64,000 nucleotides of DNA from an uncultured Bacillota bacterium (GTDB taxonomy: Bacteria; Sysuimicrobiota; Sysuimicrobiia; Sysuimicrobiales; Segetimicrobiaceae): positions 48,774-112,773 of the forward strand of contig CAWBBU010000012.1 of NCBI GenBank assembly GCA_963787105.1, given 5' to 3'. Made by a program: the position numbers and the translations under genes. Below the pieces are notes generated by a model. That model did not search any database. It saw only the letters and a program-made list of their open reading frames with translations, and had not been told where the DNA came from. Below, one piece after another: positions 58,930 through 64,000 of the stretch. Numbering within the stretch: the stretch's first letter is position 1; the number at the start of each line of letters is the position of its first letter.

Positions 58930-60684
58930 ATGGTCAAGGAGATTCTCGCCAACGTGGACCCGTTCGAGGTCCGCGTGGCGGTGCTCGAGGACGGGGTCCT
59001 CGTGGGGATCATGCTCGAGCGCGGGGAACCGCTCGCGGGCAACGTGTACAAGGGCCGGGTGTCGAGCGTGCTGCCCGGGATGGAGGCGGCGTTCGTCGAC
59101 ATCGGCCTCGGACGCAACGCCTTTCTCCACGTGCAGGACGTCCGGTCCAACCGGATCGAGCCGTTCCGCGGGCAGGGCGGGGAGGAGCTCGAGGACCAGA
59201 TCGGCCGCGGCCCGATCGCGGAGCGGCTGCGCGTCGGTCAGGAAATCCTCGTGCAGGTGACCAAGGAGCCGCGCGGTACCAAGGGCGCGCGCGCGACCAC
59301 GTACGTGGCGCTGCCGGGCCACTACCTGGTGCTGATGCCCACGGTCACCGGCATCGGCGTCAGCCGGCGGATCGCGCACGAGCCCGAGCGGAAGCGCCTC
59401 CGGGCGATCGCGGAGCGGCTCCAGCCCGAGGGGATGGGGCTCATCGTCCGGACCGCCGCCGAGGGGATCGACGAGCGCGACCTCGCCGACGATGTGCGGT
59501 TTCTGCTGCAGGTGTGGGCGCAGGTGACCGAGCGGGCCGCGGCGAGCCGCGCGCCCGCGGTGCTCTACCAGGATTTCGGCCTGATCCGCCGGGTGGTGCG
59601 GGACCTGTTCACGGGGGACGTCGACCGGTTCGTCGTCGACTCACCCCGCGACTTCGAGCGCGTGCAGGACTTCGTCGGGGGCTTCGCGCCTGAACTGCGG
59701 GCGCGCGTCCAGCTGCACACGGGACCGGAGCCGATCTTCGACGCCAACGGCATCGAGCGGGAGATCGAGCGGGCGCTCCACCGGAAGGTGTGGCTCAAGA
59801 GCGGCGGCTATCTCGTGTTCGATCGCACCGAGGCGGCGACGGTGATCGACGTCAATACCGGCAAGTATGTCGGCAAGACGGATCTGGCGACCACCATTTT
59901 GAAGACGAACCTCGAGGCGGCCGCCGAGATCGCGCGGCAGATCCGCCTCCGGGACATCGGCGGCATCATCCTCGTCGACTTCATCGACATGGACACGGAC
60001 AAGCACCGCGGTCGCGTCGTCACCGCGCTCACCGAGGCCGTCCGGGCCGACCGCACCAAAGTCCACGTGCTCGACCTGACAGCGCTCGGGCTTGTGGAGA
60101 TCACCCGCAAGCGCGTCTATCAGGACCTCGAAGAGTTGATGCGGATGCCGTGTCCGTACTGCGAGGGCCGGGGACGGGTGCTCTCGCCGCAGAGCGCCGC
60201 GGTGCGCGCGCGGCGGGAACTGCGCCGCGCCGCCGCGACGACGCGCGCGACCGTGGTGGTGGCCCAGGTGCACCCCGATGTCGCGGCACTGCTCCAGGAG
60301 GACGCGGCGTGGCTCCAGGCGCTCGGCGCGCAGACCGGGGTGACGATCCTGGTGCGGGCGAAGCCCGGCATGCATCTCGACCGCATCGCGATCGCGCACG
60401 GCGATGCGGCCACCGCCGAAGCGAACGGACAGCCGGACGCGAAGCATGCGCAGAGTTTTTGGCTCGACCCGATCCACGGCGAGGGCATGGATCTTCCGGA
60501 GGACGAGACGCGCGAGCCGGTCGGCGTCGGCGCCGGCGGACCCGAGGCGGCGCCGGGATGGCTCGCGCGCGCGTGGCGGCGGCTCGTCGGGGGCGCGCGG
60601 CCGGAGCCGCCCGCGCCCGCGGTCGGCGCGTCACCGCGGCGGCGCGCGGGGGCTGGCCGCCCGCAGCGATTTCGCAAACCCTAG
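58930..60684 (+). CDS. rng: Ribonuclease G/E-family endoribonuclease (Rng/CafA-like) with a Zn-link and a C-terminal Arg/Pro-rich tail
   Basis: The S1-like start is MVKEILANVDPFEVRVAVLEDGVLVGIMLERGEPLAGNVYKGRV. The catalytic core includes IDVNTGKYVGKTDLATTILKTNLEAAAEIARQIRLRDIGGIILVDFIDM, and the Zn-link is CPYCEGRGRV. Confidence 0.85.
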   Translation: MVKEILANVDPFEVRVAVLEDGVLVGIMLERGEPLAGNVYKGRVSSVLPGMEAAFVDIGLGRNAFLHVQDVRSNRIEPFRGQGGEELEDQIGRGPIAERLRVGQEILVQVTKEPRGTKGARATTYVALPGHYLVLMPTVTGIGVSRRIAHEPERKRLRAIAERLQPEGMGLIVRTAAEGIDERDLADDVRFLLQVWAQVTERAAASRAPAVLYQDFGLIRRVVRDLFTGDVDRFVVDSPRDFERVQDFVGGFAPELRARVQLHTGPEPIFDANGIEREIERALHRKVWLKSGGYLVFDRTEAATVIDVNTGKYVGKTDLATTILKTNLEAAAEIARQIRLRDIGGIILVDFIDMDTDKHRGRVVTALTEAVRADRTKVHVLDLTALGLVEITRKRVYQDLEELMRMPCPYCEGRGRVLSPQSAAVRARRELRRAAATTRATVVVAQVHPDVAALLQEDAAWLQALGAQTGVTILVRAKPGMHLDRIAIAHGDAATAEANGQPDAKHAQSFWLDPIHGEGMDLPEDETREPVGVGAGGPEAAPGWLARAWRRLVGGARPEPPAPAVGASPRRRAGAGRPQRFRKP

Positions 60685-60806
60685 GCCGGAGTGACCGTCG
60701 GCCCTAGGTGTGGCAGGGATTCCGGTCCCATTTCCCAGTAGGGGCATTTTTGCATTGCAAGAAACTACTTGTATGCGGAGAAATCTAGTGGTATAGATAC
60801 ATCTAG

Positions 60807-61205
60807 ATGCGCGCACGATTCCACCGAGACACCCAGGACGCGCGGGGGCCGGAGGCAGCGCGGCTGCGCCAACAGCGGGGCCTGCTGCGCCGTCGACATG
60901 CGCTGGCCGAGGCCGTGGAGGAGATGCTGCCGGGCTCGCTGTCGCTGAGCCACTTCCGGTGTGGCAAACCCACGTGTCACTGTGTGCATGATGAAGGTCA
61001 TCCCGCCTGGTCGCTCACGTACATGCGAGAGGGGCGCAAGCGGGTCCTCCACATTCCGATGGCGCTGGTCGACGACATCCGCGCGCGGGTCGAGGCGGGC
61101 CGGCGGTTTCAAGAGGCCGTGCGCGAGGTCCTGGCGGCGAACGTCGAGTTATTGGTCCTCGCGCGGCGGCGGACGAAGTCGACGCGGCAGCCCCCCGCGC
61201 GGTGA
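60807..61205 (+). CDS. Transposase-associated small Zn-ribbon protein (DUF6788-like), first ORF of the IS element
   Basis: The product includes SLSHFRCGKPTCHCVHDEGHPAWSLTYMREGRKRVLHIPMALVDDIRARV. The stop overlaps the start of the downstream transposase. Confidence 0.5.
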   Translation: MRARFHRDTQDARGPEAARLRQQRGLLRRRHALAEAVEEMLPGSLSLSHFRCGKPTCHCVHDEGHPAWSLTYMREGRKRVLHIPMALVDDIRARVEAGRRFQEAVREVLAANVELLVLARRRTKSTRQPPAR

Positions 61206-62452
61206 GCCGCTCCCAGGTCGAAGCGTATCTGGAGAAAGTCTTCGGCTGGTCGGGCCTGGTGGCGGGGCTGCCGGAGGGGCGGCAGCATCCGCAGCACTCG
61301 TGTCAGAAAGTCTTCGACGCGGTCTTTTGGGGGGCGCTGGGGCGAATTGCGAGCGTTCATCAGTTGGAGTACGAATGCCGCGCGGGGCGCCTGCGCCATC
61401 GCATTGGCCCGATCAGTGAAGACACCTTCCGCTATGCGCTCGAGCGCCTGCCGGCGGCAGCGGTATGGGAGCTCGGCTGCGCGGTGGCCCGCCAACTGAA
61501 ACGCAATGGGGTCTTGCGGACCGAGGCGACGCGGGGCTTGGTCGTGGCGGCGGTAGATGGGATCGAGGTCGCCCGGTCGTACGTACGCTGCTGCGACGCG
61601 TGTCTGGAACGCACGGTGGAGCGCGTGATCGACGGGGTCCGGCAGCCCGCGGTGCAATATTATCATCGGCTTGTCGCGGTCGTCGTGATCAATACGCCGT
61701 TTCCGATACCGCTCGGGATTCGGTTTCAGGCGCCGGGGGAAGGTGAACTCACCTGCGCGCAGCGCCTGCTCGAGGACCTCGTGATGCGGCTCGGGCGGCG
61801 GTTCGTCGATGTGCTGGTGGGCGACGCATTATATCTCGCGGCGCCGTTTGTCGCGGCCCTGGAAGCACTCGGCCTCGACTGGGTGATCACGGTGAAAGAC
61901 AATCAGCCGGAGTTGGCGGCCGAAGTGGAGCGCCTCACGGCCGGTCCCCCGCAGTCCGAGCCGGGCGAGGTGGTGGCCCACTGGCATTGTCCTGATGTGT
62001 ACTGGACCACCGCGGCGCGCTCCGTGCGGATCGTCAAGGCGGTGCGACGGGCCCAGACGCATCGGCTCCGGGTGCAGCGAGACGGGGAGCGCCGGGTCAT
62101 CCGCAAAGAGGCGGTGTGGGAGCAACACACCAATGTGTATGCGAGCAATCTGGCTCTCGTCACAGCGTCGCCTGAGCTCCTGGAAGAGCTGGGGCGACGG
62201 CGCTGGCGCATCGACACGGAAGTCTTTCAGACCCTGACCACGGAGTGCCATCTCAAGCATCCCGCGGTGCACCAGCATCACCATCGGGCACTCGTGGTGC
62301 TGACGATGATTCGCGTGCTGGCCTACACGCTCTTGCTGGTCTTCTTCCACCGGCAAGTGCGCACGCACGGCCACTCGCGTGCGCCGAGTCTGTGCCAGGT
62401 CGCGAGTGCCGTCCTCCACACGCTGGCTCGCTCGCTCGACGACTCCAGCTGA
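61202..62452 (+). CDS. DDE-type transposase (IS4/IS701-like superfamily)
   Basis: At 416 aa, it has candidate catalytic residues in [10 protein letters not shown] (D), [10 protein letters not shown] (D) and [15 protein letters not shown] (E). Confidence 0.65.
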   Translation: MSRSQVEAYLEKVFGWSGLVAGLPEGRQHPQHSCQKVFDAVFWGALGRIASVHQLEYECRAGRLRHRIGPISEDTFRYALERLPAAAVWELGCAVARQLKRNGVLRTEATRGLVVAAVDGIEVARSYVRCCDACLERTVERVIDGVRQPAVQYYHRLVAVVVINTPFPIPLGIRFQAPGEGELTCAQRLLEDLVMRLGRRFVDVLVGDALYLAAPFVAALEALGLDWVITVKDNQPELAAEVERLTAGPPQSEPGEVVAHWHCPDVYWTTAARSVRIVKAVRRAQTHRLRVQRDGERRVIRKEAVWEQHTNVYASNLALVTASPELLEELGRRRWRIDTEVFQTLTTECHLKHPAVHQHHHRALVVLTMIRVLAYTLLLVFFHRQVRTHGHSRAPSLCQVASAVLHTLARSLDDSS

Positions 62453-62721
62453 GCAACCTCCGGGATGGACGGCGCGGAGTCGCTCCTCGGCTCCCCGGGC
62501 CGCGTCCTCCGCCGGCATAAATTTACGTCTGATCCGCCCCGCCGCCCGCTGCCGCGAGTCTCCGCAACTGTGTTCGAAGCTCCAAAACTGGGTGAAATTG
62601 ACGATCCGGGAGGACAGTCGGTGACTCCGCTTGCGAAATCGATGTGGCCGCCCGCGCCGTCGTTGACACCCCTGGGGTCGCATGCTACCATCTTTTGGTC
62701 ATCAACAGGTGGGGGCGTGCA

Positions 62722-63045
62722 ATGTACGCGGTAGTCGAGGTCGGCGGCAAGCAGATGCGTGTAGAGGCCGGGCAGGTGCTCGAGGTGGACCGGCTGCCGG
62801 GCGAGCCTGGGTCGGAAGTGACCCTGGGCCGTGTGCTCATGCTCGTCGACGGGGACGCGGTCACGTGCGGCACCCCCGAGGTGTCGGGTGCGTCGGTGAC
62901 GGCCACGGTGCTGGCGCTGCTCCGCACGCGCAAGCTGCTCGTCGGGAAGTTCCGGCCGAAGAAGCACTATCGGCGAAAGGTCGGACACCGGCAGCCGCTC
63001 AGCCGCCTGCGCGTGGAGCGGATTACCGCGGGGCCGGAGGCATAA
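62722..63045 (+). CDS. rplU: 50S ribosomal protein L21
   Basis: The product is [45 protein letters not shown]...[26 protein letters not shown] ribosome-binding site lies upstream. Confidence 0.9.
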   Translation: MYAVVEVGGKQMRVEAGQVLEVDRLPGEPGSEVTLGRVLMLVDGDAVTCGTPEVSGASVTATVLALLRTRKLLVGKFRPKKHYRRKVGHRQPLSRLRVERITAGPEA

Positions 63046-63046
63046 G

Positions 63047-63307
63047 ATGGCGCATAAAAAAGGCGGCAGCAGCAGCCGGAACGGGCGCGACAGCAACGCG
63101 CAGCGCCTCGGGATCAAGCGGTTTTCCGGCCAGACGGTTCCCGCGGGCTCGGTGCTCGTACGCCAGCGCGGGACCCGCTACCGGCCCGGCACCAACGTGG
63201 GGCTTGGACGCGACGACACGCTGTTCGCGCTCGCGACCGGGGTCGTGCGTTTCGAGCGGCAGGGTCGGGACGGCCGCCAAGTATCGGTCTATCCTGCGGA
63301 CGCGTAG
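63047..63307 (+). CDS. rpmA: 50S ribosomal protein L27
   Basis: The product is [61 protein letters not shown]. Confidence 0.95.
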   Translation: MAHKKGGSSSRNGRDSNAQRLGIKRFSGQTVPAGSVLVRQRGTRYRPGTNVGLGRDDTLFALATGVVRFERQGRDGRQVSVYPADA

Positions 63308-63318
63308 CATCACGGTAG

Positions 63319-64000
<682 letters not shown>

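Larger units (their letters stand above)
60760..62480 (+). mobile_element. Insertion sequence (two-ORF IS: Zn-ribbon accessory ORF plus DDE transposase); ends not resolved
   Basis: The two overlapping ORFs are flanked by atypically AT-rich DNA (60720-60806) inserted between rng and rplU. I could not identify clean terminal inverted repeats by eye, so boundaries are approximate. Confidence 0.5.

Overview
This is a high-GC (about 70%) bacterial chromosomal segment with the gene density typical of bacteria. I read it directly from the sequence. I cannot assign a phylum, but BshB/BshC-like genes, DUF4321 beside radC-mreBCD, a CxxxY-type CcmE and an MvhD-like protein hint at a Gram-positive-like or candidate lineage.

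The backbone is housekeeping, in order along the window:
- a partial Ldh_2-family dehydrogenase
- PBP1A
- yebC-ruvCAB
- SpoIID
- queA ... tgt-yajC
- a regulator-hemACDBL porphyrin operon
- mreBCD-mrdA-rodA-rng preceded by tatA, DUF4321 and radC
- rplU-rpmA-obgE

Accessory genes are interspersed:
- a HAF-repeat secreted protein
- VOC (glyoxalase-family) enzymes and an aldo/keto reductase
- an orphan pilin-like gene
- BshB/BshC-like thiol-biosynthesis genes
- a split cytochrome c maturation system I (ccmAB ... ccmCDEF) whose CcmE carries CxxxY
- a LacI-regulated ABC importer
- an IS element

The most unusual locus is a quinol-oxidoreductase-like cluster at about 43.7-48.9 kb. It encodes a lipoprotein diheme cytochrome c, a Rieske protein, a cytochrome b paralog that appears to lack the canonical bis-His heme ligands, a second canonical cytochrome b fused to a 2x[4Fe-4S] ferredoxin domain, and an MvhD-like [2Fe-2S] protein. 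Polyprenyl-diphosphate synthase and a PdtaS/PdtaR-like two-component pair follow.

A striking technical feature is that more than 20 conserved genes need single-base frame changes to be read through. This suggests consensus indel errors or pervasive pseudogenization, so start/stop coordinates are approximate (a few nt) in the affected genes. I saw no CRISPR arrays or rRNA genes and could not place a tRNA by eye.
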